A stretch of 37,193 nucleotides of DNA from Basidiobolus meristosporus CBS 931.73 (taxonomy: Eukaryota > Fungi > Basidiobolomycota), in assembly GCA_002104905.1 (NCBI GenBank), contig MCFE01000774.1:1-37193 (forward strand), read 5' to 3'. Shown piece by piece: positions 22,497 through 34,386 of this stretch (the first letter of the stretch is position 1; every line of letters starts with the position of its first letter). The position numbers and the translations under genes were made by a program. A model generated the notes under the pieces. That model was given only the letters and a program-made list of their open reading frames with translations. It did no database searches and was not told the origin of the DNA.

Positions 22497-22555
22497 AGCT
22501 CCTTAGAGTACACCGCACATAACAGTTCTCTTATTTAAGAAGTCCCCCTTTCGCC

Positions 22556-23416
22556 ATGCCTCCAGCCACACCTTCGCAAATGGTGTTTCGCAAACCTTCG
22601 ATGCTTAAAAAAAGACCCCGAGCTCCCCAGCACCATCCCGACCTGAGCCCTCTCCCGCAAGATTTCACCGGAGTTCCCTTGTTACCTCCCAATTCTAGCC
22701 CGTTGTTCGATTCGTGGGCCAGTGAGTTCCAAGCCATTCCCGACGCTCCCTCTCCGATCGGAGACTTCAGCCTACAATCGCCTGTTCCGGGCAACCTGCC
22801 GCACAATGGAATGCACGTGTTGGATACGCCGCTCTTTGATCAGCACGTGCTGAGCAGTCTCCAGAGCCCTCTTGCCTTGGGTGCCCTCAATTTTTTCCCC
22901 GATCTTCACTCGAATCCCGCCGGAAACCCTGATTCTCTACTTGGTCGTCAGCAAACACACTCTCATGATATCATATCCTTCGCCGCTAATAGCCCCGAGA
23001 CCCATTCTACGTCGGTGAATAGCCCTGGTCAGCAAACTCAAGCCATCCACGTCAAAAGCGAGTCAAATGGTATGTCCAACTCGCCAACATCCACAACCTC
23101 ATCCCCTACAAGCTCCAAACGGAAAGACACTGTTGATACCTCTGGGGACGAGCAGAAGCTAGACCCGATGGCTCTGAAACGCAAGAAAAATACCGATGCA
23201 GCACGCCGCTCACGCTTGCGAAAGGTACAAAAGATGGAGACGCTGGAGAAGCGGGTGTCTGACCTCGAAGCGGATAACTCCAAGCTCCAAATGAAGCTCG
23301 CCGTTTTGGAGAGTGAGAAAACGAACTCTCAGTCCAAAGAGGTGGAGTACTCGTTGCGGATCAAGAGTCTCGAGAATCAGCTCGCCGAAGCTCATCGAGC
23401 CCTAACCAGACGGTAA
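22556..23416 (+). CDS. GCN4: bZIP transcription factor, Gcn4/CpcA (cross-pathway control)-like, intronless
   Basis: Basic region LKRKKNTDAARRSRLRK (Gcn4-type NTxAARRSRxRK) followed by a leucine zipper METLEKRVSDLEADNSKLQMKLAVLE; Pro/Ser-rich N-terminal putative activation region with FDSW-type aromatic clusters. Confidence 0.85.
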   Translation: MPPATPSQMVFRKPSMLKKRPRAPQHHPDLSPLPQDFTGVPLLPPNSSPLFDSWASEFQAIPDAPSPIGDFSLQSPVPGNLPHNGMHVLDTPLFDQHVLSSLQSPLALGALNFFPDLHSNPAGNPDSLLGRQQTHSHDIISFAANSPETHSTSVNSPGQQTQAIHVKSESNGMSNSPTSTTSSPTSSKRKDTVDTSGDEQKLDPMALKRKKNTDAARRSRLRKVQKMETLEKRVSDLEADNSKLQMKLAVLESEKTNSQSKEVEYSLRIKSLENQLAEAHRALTRR

Positions 23417-24689
23417 AGAGTTCTCTCAGCGAGCCCCATCCACCATATCACAGAAACCACTTGCAATGCCACTTGACAATTGCTTTGCTGAACAGCTTTG
23501 AAATTTATGTTAGCACCCTCTCGCAGACATTCATGTATAGACTTGTTAAAACACCGCTTCCAATCCATCTCCCAATTATTCTATTTCATTACTAGATATA
23601 GTAGGACATCAATCAAAACTTAAATTTTGAAACTTGTGCAAAATCCGTGTTGATTGATATATGGTAATCAATCCGCAATTGCTTCTTGATTTCATTGCCA
23701 CAATAGCCCGATTTCTTCTACATATTTCGACCGCCCCGCATTGGGCCCTTCTTTAGCACCCATAAGACTTCTTCACCAAACGGACATTTTTCTTGATTCA
23801 CTTTTTGTTCTAGTTTCACTAGGCAGCCACCACCCGACATCTCTCCCCCCCCCACTAATGACATACATAAACCACTTGTTTGTAATACGCCATGCCACTT
23901 GCTTTGCTGATTGCCATCGATGCGCCGGGGTTGCCTGGTGCCACCGTGTTGCGGGAGGTACGGGCCCGCTTGCACCCTGGGAGGGGCGGCCGTGGTGTAC
24001 CAATGCCGTCCGCCACTGATGGCATGAATTGTCAGACTGCGACCAAATGTCCCAGGTTTCTGCAGTTCAATCGTCATCCATACCAACAATTAATAAGGTT
24101 TGTCATTTGTTGCATAGAATCTATGGCTCCGATCTCATTGTATACATCCACGGCTTAGTGCCTTGGGATCAGTGATGTCGATGATGTCCTACAGACTTGA
24201 TTGGCAAGTCCAAGTACTGGGGCTTGTAGCTGATATCCCATAGGTAACATAATAGGCAGTTTGGGAGTGTTGATTAGGGAAAGCCTAATCTAAAAATACG
24301 ACCATTGCTATTATTGGGATTGGATCGGTTTATTGTCGTATTGACAGTTCATTCCCAATGTTTACCATGTCCCAATATGCTCGAGTTCTCCCCAGAGCAT
24401 GGAAATGGGTGGAATTTTCCAAGGGAATTGCCCATCCTGGGCTCCGCGAAATACCATGAATCATGCGATCCATGGATTTATTGGCCTTCCTTCTGATAGC
24501 TAGCCTCTCTAGCTTGTCAGTTTTTAACCATATTAATTCCTAACCGTTGTAATTAACCTTCTAACCTTCATAATTGCTCCTACCCTACCCTACCTTAACT
24601 TCCCTAATTAATTAACCGGTACGTTTCTCTCTCGAGCTTTGGTCCTTCTGCACTGACCAACGTTTGTTTTCAGAATACACACACTACAA

Positions 24690-27108
24690 ATGGGATTTTG
24701 TCAAAGATGCGGAGAGATATCCCAACGCACCAAATGCCCTCGCTGCTGTGGAAAAATCGTTGGTAAATGAATGGGTGAATGTGGGCTGGCTTCCTCTGCC
24801 AAGGTTTAACTCTCCTCTCCAGAGTCTGTAGCTAGCGGCTACTCCGATGCCTCGACTCGTAAAGATCCCTGGGTTTCAAGGCAGGTTCGCTGTATTCGGG
24901 TGCACTTTCCCTTCCGTACTTACCCCGCTTCTAGATACGTAGATATTGGCTTTAAAAAGCCTCATGTTGGCTCGAACGTCAAGCGGATGATCACCACCGA
25001 TCTAACTCCCACTACGCATTGCTTTACCTGTGGCACAGACTTACGAGAGGTTCGTTGAATAGCCTCTGCACCTGTATCCAGTGTTCACAGTGCTTACTAG
25101 CTTGGGTGTGTTTAGCATTTAGAGTCGTTAGTAAACCCCAGAAAATATGGACCACAGCAATGCAATCCGTGCTATCTACGCGAAAATGGGAAAGGCCACT
25201 GGTAGGTGTTTTCCGAAAAGTGTCTCTATTCACGATTACTCAGCCCTGACCTGTCGGGTGTCTCAACTCTAGCGAAGGATGCCATCAATTGGTGTTGAGC
25301 ACAGGTGCTTTCGTCCGATACAAGGATAAAGTGTGGCACAAGGTACGCACCTAATCTTCAGTCAGTACAGATAGGATCACTAACTTTCATGGGAACTCTG
25401 CTGAAGAATTGCTTGAAATGCCGTCATTGCGGGATTTTAATTGAAGACCCGTTGGTGGATACGACTGGACTCCCGTGTTGTCAAGAATGCTTCTTGAAGT
25501 CGGATCGGCAATCAGATTCGAGGGCGAGAAGCCTATACTCCGTGTCGGCATCACACCGGTTGACTAAAGACGGAGCAAGTACGAATCCGGTCAGTGCAAC
25601 TCGCTCACCAACCAAACCACCTACGCTGGGGGAGCAGTCGCCACCCAAAAGACAGGAAAAACTTACCGGTGATGCCTCACACTCTGGTTCATCCAAGGCC
25701 TCGAGGCCAGTTCCAGAGGCGCTGTACCGCTTCGTTAAGACCACCCCAAGCATCCCATCCACAAGTGCCACCGGCTTGTCAACTGCAAAGCACCCTGGGC
25801 CTAGGAATACCTCGGTGTTTGCAAGGAAAGCCAACAGCGCTTCCAACAATACATCCAGATCCTCTAGCATATCACCAAGTAATTCACCTATGCTGAGCCC
25901 TGGAGAGCCCACGAAGAGGTCCACTCCTAGTAGTCCTGTACCTGCACTTGCGTCAAGTATTACGGTGGCGAAAAACCCGAATATACCCAGTGACTCTCCC
26001 ACCCGACGGAATATACCAAGCAATACTTCATCAAGAACGACCAGTAGCATATCAAGCATGGCCAAAAGTGAGCCGGATCATACCAGCAAGGCTGCCACAT
26101 TGTTCAACCCAAAAAAGCCAGAGGCATATCCCCCCGCTTCTACAAGCATCAATTTAGCACAGACCATAGCCAAGTCCACCTTCTTCAACAACCCGCGCGA
26201 GAAGCGAACCTCGAAATCCCCCATCAACCCCAAGAGCGATCCCCCTTCTCCCCAACCCAACAGAGCCAGCGACATGACCAAATCCTGCTGCAAGTGCAGC
26301 GAACCAATCCAAAGCTCGTGGTATAGTCTGCCTGACGGCGGCACCATCCATCCTGGGTGCTTTGTTTGCGAAGCATGTAACATTGAGTTCGGAGAAGGGT
26401 CATACACTAGTTTTGATGGAAAGTTCTATCACAAGCAGGTTAGTCCGACTTGCCCTTGCATGTGTCCCATGTACAGCCACTCAGCTCATGCGGCCTTTTC
26501 TCTAGTGTATCCCGGATTTAAGGGCCACCCCAACCCCTCAGTTGCCCAAGACCAAACCCACAACTCCCCAGCCAAGTTCGCTGAGCTGTTCCAAGTGCGC
26601 AAGGGGCATTGGGGCTTCGTGGTTGACCTTGTCTGATGGGTCGAAATATCATCCCTCATGTTTCACCTGCTCTTTGTGTTATGAGGAGTTCGAGGACGGC
26701 GCTTTCATAACCAAAGATGGCGCTCCCTATCATTTACATGTAATGGCATCGCGTATTCTTTGCACAACCGGAGCACTAACCAAACTTTATTCGTGCAGTG
26801 CATCCAACGCCCGCAATGCGAGGCCTGCCATGAGCGGATTGATGGGCCGTATGTTACTCGAGGGTCGTTGACATACCACTGTGGGGTACGTAGCCAGACA
26901 ACGCCAAGTCCCATCCGATAGATGTTTGTAGCTAATCCACAGCATGCAGTGCTTCCTCTGCTCTATTTGTAAGAAAGTCATAGGGGCAGAGATGCCATTT
27001 GGTGAAATCAACCAGTCGGTTTGCTGCGAAGGCTGTCTTCTCTCCGATCTCAGCACCAAGACCAGAAGCCTTGGGATACGCGAGAGTTCAACGCCTCTCT
27101 ACCATTGA
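24690..27108 (+). CDS. Four-LIM-domain (paxillin-like) protein with N-terminal Cys clusters and a long Ser/Pro/Thr linker; 9 coding exons
   Basis: Exons 24690-24762, 24823-24880, 24935-25049, 25116-25201, 25273-25342, 25407-26438, 26506-26739, 26799-26885, 26950-27108. LIM1 CEGC..WHKNCLKCRHC..CCQEC; LIM2 CCKC..IHPGCFVCEAC..YHKQC; LIM3 CSKC..YHPSCFTCSLC..YHLHC; LIM4 CEAC..YHCGCFLCSIC..CCEGC. A 5'UTR intron lies at 24619-24673. Confidence 0.9.
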
Positions 27109-28000
27109 TAGGGTCTATCCCAGGCCACCTTGCCATCGAGTATAGCCCCGGCCGCCTCGTTCGATATGAATTTGTTGTCTCGGATCTTTTTATTTCACGC
27201 CCTTGATATGTTGCTTCTACATCACTGACATTAAATGGGTTGGCCAACCAGCTCGGAGTTTGTAATGATAATGCTATATCTCATATTCATCCCTACTATA
27301 TCCCCTGTCTCGCTACGACTCCTCATGATAAAATGTATAGTATCTGTCGGTTCCCATGCATCGTATTAAAAGGCGGAGTTTTATTGGGTTATGCCATGTG
27401 TGGCTGGGAAACTCGATAATGCACAGGTTCTGCACGATCCGTTATGGAGGTTGAGCTTGGGATCGCTGAGGACATACCAGATGTAAGATCATTCCCCGAG
27501 ACATGTTCAATCGTCATGCTGCCCTTGGTAGTGGGAGAGGGCGATCCTTTCCCAGATAAGGGCCCATGCACCAATCCCCCTGGACATGTTAACAAGGCAG
27601 ACTGGCCTGTAAACGCTGCGATTCGTTGGCACTTCCTATGTTGGATCTACAGGTGCACAGACGGGGATTATGAGGAGCTCAAGGGTGGATACGTTCCCAC
27701 ATCCAATCTGTCTTGTTGGGCTAGCATAGGAAAGAATCCCTCAGCATGCCACCCGGTTGTGTCCGACGAAGAAATATCCCTGTTCATGTAAGAGCGCACA
27801 TGTGCCATGCCAGGTGGCTCACCCTTACTTGAGCCTTACATAAATTATGATGAGCAGCAAAATGCCCAACATCGGACAATGGAACGGCTCTGACGTACAG
27901 TAATGGGCTGATGCAAGGAATTGTATGGGCGACCAAATACAAAAGCCATCCTACTCCAGTATCTCTTCGTACAAACTAGACACTAATCAAACTCTCCAAT

Positions 28001-29549
28001 ATGAGGACGATCGGCTGTCGCCTCAGTAACACCCTTGGGGTGGTCATTTTCCTAGTAAGCCTACCAAGGAACATCTTCTCCCAGCAAAACCAGCCCCGAC
28101 AGATTGTGAAGTTCAAGACCTTGCCCGAGTCATCCTGGGTCTCCAGCGTGGGCGGGGAGCTACAATCCCTCCACGACAAATTTCACTTCATGCTGGGGTC
28201 GTTTTCCGAGGAAGCCATTCAATCCATGAGGAGAACCAAGTGGGTGGATTACGTTGAAGAGGATGCGCTCGTCCAAATCGCTGCCGATTCCAACGGCGTG
28301 TCTAGCTGGGTAAGTAAGTTTGCCCATGGTCCCGATGCTTCGCTGCGTGTCTAAGGAAGTAACATCCTCTCTTCTCCAGGGCTTGGACCGTATTGACCAG
28401 CGCACGCTTCCACTAGACCACAAATACGATTCTGTTGATAGCGGCGGGCTGGGCGTAGATATCTTCATTGTCGACACGTAGGTAGACGGAATTTGCGGTC
28501 CCCGTAACCCACGAGTCTTACCAATCTTTCTGTAGGGGGATTTTCCTTGAGCACTCGGACTTCGATGGGCGAGCCAAGTCGGGCGTGGCTGCTTTGGTGG
28601 GACCTGACGGAGATGGGAACGGGCATGGGACTTTCGTGGCTGGCATCATCGGTGGAAAAAGATACGGCGTTGCGAAGCAAGCCAATTTGATCTCGGTCAA
28701 GGTAAGTTTCTGGGGCATTAGACGGCCAAGCGCAATTCTGACCCATCCTCACAGGCCTTGAGTGACCGCGGCTACGGCACCACCAGCTCAGTCTTACGAG
28801 GGCTGCAATACGTATACTTGGAGCACCAAACCAAGGAGAACAAGAAAACCGTACTGAAGTATGTGTTCTCATGCCACAGTGGGCTTCTCCGATTGGTACT
28901 AACGCCCTGCCAGTTTATCAATCATGTCGAATTTCAGCCGGATCATCAATGAGGCAGTGAATGAGACCGCATTGTCGGGGATAGTTGTGGTGGTAAGTCC
29001 GGCCTACATCATTCTCCGTATGGGTGCGCACTAAAGCTCCAGATAAACCAGGTGCCCGCTGGAAATGGCAACGGTTCAGTTAATGCAACAGAGGGGGTGG
29101 ATGCCTGTGGATACTCTCCTGTATCTGCGGCAAATGTGATTTCAGTGGGCTCCACGAACATCATGGATCGTTTAAGCACCTCCTCGAATTATGGCCCGTG
29201 TGTGACTCTATATGCGCCTGGGGAGAATGTGACCTCCGACTTTGTTGGGTCCAGCTCGGCCATCTCTACATTGTCGGGGACATCGTTTGCAACCGCACAC
29301 GTCTCCGGAGTGGCAGCATTAATCCTCTCCAACCATACCGATTCCCTCCTGCCCAGCGAGGTGCGAGAACGGATCATCTCCCTGTCGACCAGAAATGCCA
29401 TCGTAGGGTTGCCAGCAAACTCGGTGAATCGATTGCTCTACAAGCAGCTACAAAATTACCAAGGCTCGGCGGTGTCACTGCGCACTCCTCAAGACCTACT
29501 CCTGCCAGGGTCAATGACGCTAATTATCCTGGCCCTGCTGCATGGTTGA
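28001..29549 (+). CDS. Subtilisin-like serine protease (S8A, proteinase K type) with I9 propeptide and a hydrophobic C-terminal tail; 6 exons
   Basis: Exons 28001-28309, 28380-28477, 28536-28701, 28755-28858, 28914-28992, 29052-29549. Propeptide end VDYVEEDALV; SW-GLDRIDQR; catalytic Asp IFIVDTG, His GNGHGTFVAG, oxyanion Asn PAGN, Ser SGTSFATAHVSG. Confidence 0.93.
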
Positions 29550-31748
29550 AGATAAGCGTAGACCCCACCTTTCATGGGCCAGTGGGTTTTCTTGGACTTG
29601 AATATTAGAGAAACTTTATTATTGTCGCCAATGGTCTAGCCATCCCCTTAGCTTAATTTATTTCCGCTTGTCAACCTCAACCTCAGCCTAGATTTCTCTG
29701 GGGTCGGTTGAGGTGTCGCGACGTATGATCGTCTTCGGGGCAACCGTGAATCTCCCGACCTTTTTGTTGTATATCTTGTGCACTCCTTAGTGCCACTACC
29801 TTTGCCATCGTCTATTTCATTGGGCGATCTGGGTGAGTCCAATAAACCTGAACGGTAGCTTTGCCGATTTGAAAAGCCTCCCCGATGGCAGTTTGCAAGT
29901 TTAGCAAAACGTTCGTTGGGTGCTCGGGTGGGTACGCCTACACCCCGCGTTGGACCCGGATTGTTTCCGTCTGCAGGACACCACACCGCCGCCCAGGGTT
30001 TCTGCCGGGTGTGCTCGCTCCAGCGCCTTGCCCACCGTGTTATTTTCAGCAGGAGCCACGTTCATCTTGCTGGAGCGTATATTGAGGAAGGTCCAATTTA
30101 ATCTAATTAGATCTCCATCCTCTTATGGCAGGATGGCTACTCGACATCACGTTCAACGATACATGGGTGCGCTTTGGATTGGTTTACGTCAGCAACCACT
30201 GTCCCACCAAACCTGGTTACTCCATCAATGTAGGATGGTGCGACAGCAAGATTCAATTCAGGAGTGCAGCTAACCTGCTTCCCGGAAATTCTTTGTCGTA
30301 GCCATACTAGGTGTGGTTGTAATCTGTACCTGATTGTGCTTTGCTACCATGTCAAATCATGCGTTTCCTTGGGGGGGGAGTGGGTTGGTGAGGCCGCGGG
30401 GTGGTTACTTCACGCCCAGGAAGATGTCCCCGCACGCGTCACACCCCCAAGATGTTGAGTGGTTCGAAAACGCACTTCAATAGGCCATATCTGGTCGACG
30501 GACCCAGTTGTTGAATCGTCAAGAATGTAACCAAGGTGGTCATCGACCTGCGCCACAAAGCAACCTCGCCAAATGGGGCTCTGATGTGGGCGCCAAACAG
30601 GAATCCCTGTGTGCAGATGCACTGCTCAAGGTGCCTGGCCCGCTCATGAGGGTACCAATGCCAGCAATCGCTTGGGCCAGTGGAGCTTCCCATCAATCCC
30701 TGTGGGTAGTATCCGATGCATCTCACCTCTTTGCCGGGGTTTCGAGCCGGGTGCAGTGGGGTTCAAGGCGCCCCTATAATAAGAGGTAGCCCGGTATGTC
30801 AGGGTGACCTTGCTTGTTTCAATCCATGGAATCTATGTCGCAATACAGTCGTCAAGAGATTTATTCCATTAAGAAGGTTACACCCAATTTGTCCCTGAAC
30901 TTTGGTTCCGGGTATGCCAAGTCCAAAATAGTCTAATGTTTCTAGGGGCTTAAGCTTGCTCGGCCCTGCCCAATGAAGATTGCTACAAAGGGCTGCTTAC
31001 TCTCCAGACAATGGCGGGTGGTCGCTACATCTAAGCCAGCCTCCTGACATCCATGAAGCGTCAAAGCTTGTGTTTTGGCGCCAGACGTCAAGCCTAACGA
31101 TGCCTAGCTAGCTCCTTCGTCTTGACTTCCCGCATCCTTAAACCCAACTCCCACCGCACTTCAGTGAGGAAGAGTGAAGCGCCATCAACACCTATCAGGG
31201 GTCGCGGGAGTTTTGGCATATCTATTAGGCTGATTTCATCGGACTGCTTCTAATGGAATCCAATGTACGGAGGGCAAGATTCTAAGCGCACTCAAAGCTA
31301 GTGCCGGTCAGCTGATGGTTTCAGTAGTCTTCTGATCATTTGCAAAATAAGGTTATTCTCTAGTCGCTTCGAAAGTGGTTGAGTCTTCAAAACCAAGCGC
31401 CACACGAATCGTCGGACTTTGCGTTTTCAATTTATGCACGAATATTTGATAGCTCATTCTATAGTCACCCGTACGTCCCGATCGATTCCCTACGCGGATC
31501 TTTGAATTGATCCACAGTTTAAATTCTCTTATATAATGTTGTGGAAGTCCAGTTGACCAGTGACACCAATTCATCTCATAGATTCCTCTATTTAACACCA
31601 GCGCCAACACCAACCTCACTGGTCTTTTGTTTCTTCTTTCCACCCTTGAGCCATCATTTTCAGACCAATAGTTGTTTCAAAACCCCACTTACCCTGTCGG
31701 AAGTGTTAGCAATCGCTGTATCTGAGTTTATTTCAGACCTACTGCAGG

Positions 31749-34386
31749 ATGCCTTTCTCCGAAGAATCTCTGAAACGTCAACGGGTTAGTAAAGCTTGCG
31801 ATAATTGTCGTCGTAAGAAGGTTCGCTGTGATGGGTTGCACCCCACTTGTTCAAATTGTGCTGCGTTGGACCTTGAGTGTACGTATCTTGATGCCTCCAA
31901 GAAGCGGGGCCCACCCAAGGGGTACATAGAAGCGATTGAAAACAAGCTTCATCGAATGGAGCATCTTTTGAGTGATTTGGTACAGAGCGACCCTCGTGCA
32001 GCAGAAAGCGTGTTGGCCGAACTCCAAAAGCTGGAGGGGCTAGACGACGTGCGCCTTCGGTTAGCTAATCGAGCCCGACCTTCTGAGTTTAACGAGCTTC
32101 GCAGACGGGACGTATTGACCCTGCAACGCACAAGCCCAACCTCCTCCGAAGCTAGCACCCAGGTTAAAGTCTGGGATCCTGTAATGGAAGCTTTAAACGA
32201 CGAAGCGAGCCAACTCACATTGGATGACCAAGGGCGCGTGCGCTACATGGGCTTTAGCTCTGGCTTTTATCTCCTACAACACACGGAGAAGTACCGAGAT
32301 GGCTTGTTCCACATGAAGCCACTGATGCACTGCCCACTGGACGACGAAGAAATCTCCTCCAACCCATACCTCTTGCCACCAGCGCCAGTATTCGATCACC
32401 TAATGGACATCTACTTTAGCCACATCAATCCGATCATCCCATTGCTACACAAGGCTGAATTCATGGCGAGACTCAAGCAAGAGAAAGAGGAGGCCCCCTT
32501 ATTTCTGCTAAACGCAATCTTCGCGCTTGCCGCCAATCTATCGCCTAGAATCCAATGGCTGGAGGAGGCGGGCGCTCGATCCGAGATGTTCTATAAGAGA
32601 GCCAAGAAGCTTCTGGATCAGACGTATGACGTGACTTCTCTCGAGAACATTCAAGCCTTGATTCTACTCTCGCATTACTTCCATATCACCCATGGAAGCA
32701 TGAAGTCCTGGGTGTACAGTGGCATGGCTATACGTATGGCGGAAGATTTGGGGCTTCATCGGAACCCCGACCGGTGGCAGATCAAAACGTTGTCCTCTTC
32801 GCTGAAGGAGACCCGTAAAAGAACCTGGTGGTCGTGCTACGTGATGGACCGAAATGCTAGTGCATGTATGGGAAGGCCTTTGTCGATTGATGATAGACAT
32901 TGCGACACCTCTTTTCCTCAGGTCGATGTGGTCCAGACAACCCGGGGCACAGGAGCGGACGAACTTCTGAACTCTGGCATGTGCATGGATGCGTTTGTGG
33001 AAGTCATCAAGCTGCACGAGATCTATGGCCAAATCATGAACAACATCTACGCAATCCGAGCCCATCCCACGGAGAATCCCTTCAAGAGCGAGTCATTCTT
33101 GCTGGAGCTTGATTCTGCGTTGCATAAATGGATGGTGGAGCTTCCCACTGCTCTGCAGTATAACCCGCAGCATTATTTTGACGGGAGAAAGCCCGCCTCG
33201 AACTATGTTGCGTACCTCCATATCCTTTACCACAGCGCATTGATTTTGCTACACCGACCCTATATACCAAAGCCCAATTCCCGAGTCTGCCCTTCGCCAT
33301 ATCCATCTCTTCAGATATGTATCACCTCGGCCAACAGCATCACAGCCATCGCTCACCTCTGTTCTGGAGAGCCTGGTCTTGAGGAGGTCCTCATATTTGT
33401 GCTCTTCCCGATCTTCACTGCCGCGACTGTTCATCTGACCAATATGACCTCACGTGACATGCGACTGGCCGACTTGTCCAAGAGGTATCTCTCCAAGAAC
33501 ATGGTACTTCTGTGCAGGATACGGAAGCGCTGGGGAAGCGCTGGCAAGTATTACATCGTCCTGAGAGAGCTCCTGGCTGCCCGGAATATCAGCATCGATG
33601 AGCATGATACTGCTTCCTACGAGGCTTTGATATGCTCATCCCCCGAAAACAAGAAAGCTGCCAACCCAGATCCCCAGCCGCAGTATAACAAGGGGTCGAT
33701 TGCCAGTCACGCTACACAAGCCTACAAAGCCAATCTTCCTCCCTCGATCTTCACGTCGCTTAAAGATCCTGTCGTTCAGCAACACACAACACCCTCTTAC
33801 TCTGACAACACCGCCCCTCCAAGTAGAATCTTATGCTATCAAGTGTATTCATCAATGTTAGAAGCTAACCCTTAATCTTTTAGAGCCACCAAGCGCAACA
33901 AGGCAAATGTACTCCCCGAATGGATACATTGCCTCTGGTCGAGACGCCAACAGTGGGGATTCCACCTACTCCACGTCGTACATCCTCTCCGGAGCCATCA
34001 CGAACGTTGGCTTCGACCCCAACGCACCTTCGAATACGCTCAGTGAGATGACGGTGAACAACCAGCACCTGATCAACCAGTGCAGCCATTCGGCCAACCT
34101 CCCGTTGTGGAATGTCCCCCTTTCGTTCGACTTCGACGAATGGAACGAATACGTTGGCCAGTACTCGAAGAATTTCAACTCCCCGGTGCCCGTTGGTGAA
34201 GGGAATCCGGATCCGCTTGGCCCCGCTACCCCCCCTCAACCCAGCATCTATAATCCCTCGTATGGACCAGTGCGGAACTCCCCTACCCAATTCCATCACC
34301 GACCTATCGTGCAGCCCCAGCTTCCCACCAAGCCCAATCCTGTCCTGGAGGCTCGACCCCTACACCTGTACCATACGACCAGATAA
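31749..34386 (+). CDS. Zn(II)2Cys6 transcription factor with fungal-specific TF middle domain; 2 exons (31749-33822, 33884-34386)
   Basis: ACDNCRRKKVRCDGLHPTCSNCAALDLEC; SWVYSGMAIRMAEDLGLHR...RKRTWWSCYVMDR...GRP; LHRPY. A 61-nt intron (GTAGAA...GCTAAC...TTTAG) joins the two track ORFs in frame; C-terminal FDFDEWNEY motif. Confidence 0.93.

Noticed and set aside
25481-26065. 194-aa antisense ORF
   Set aside because: Shadow of the Ser/Pro/Thr-rich LIM linker on the opposite strand; no domain.
27389-27791. Overlapping short ORFs on both strands between the LIM and subtilisin genes
   Set aside because: No recognisable motif and no frame-consistent spliced model found.
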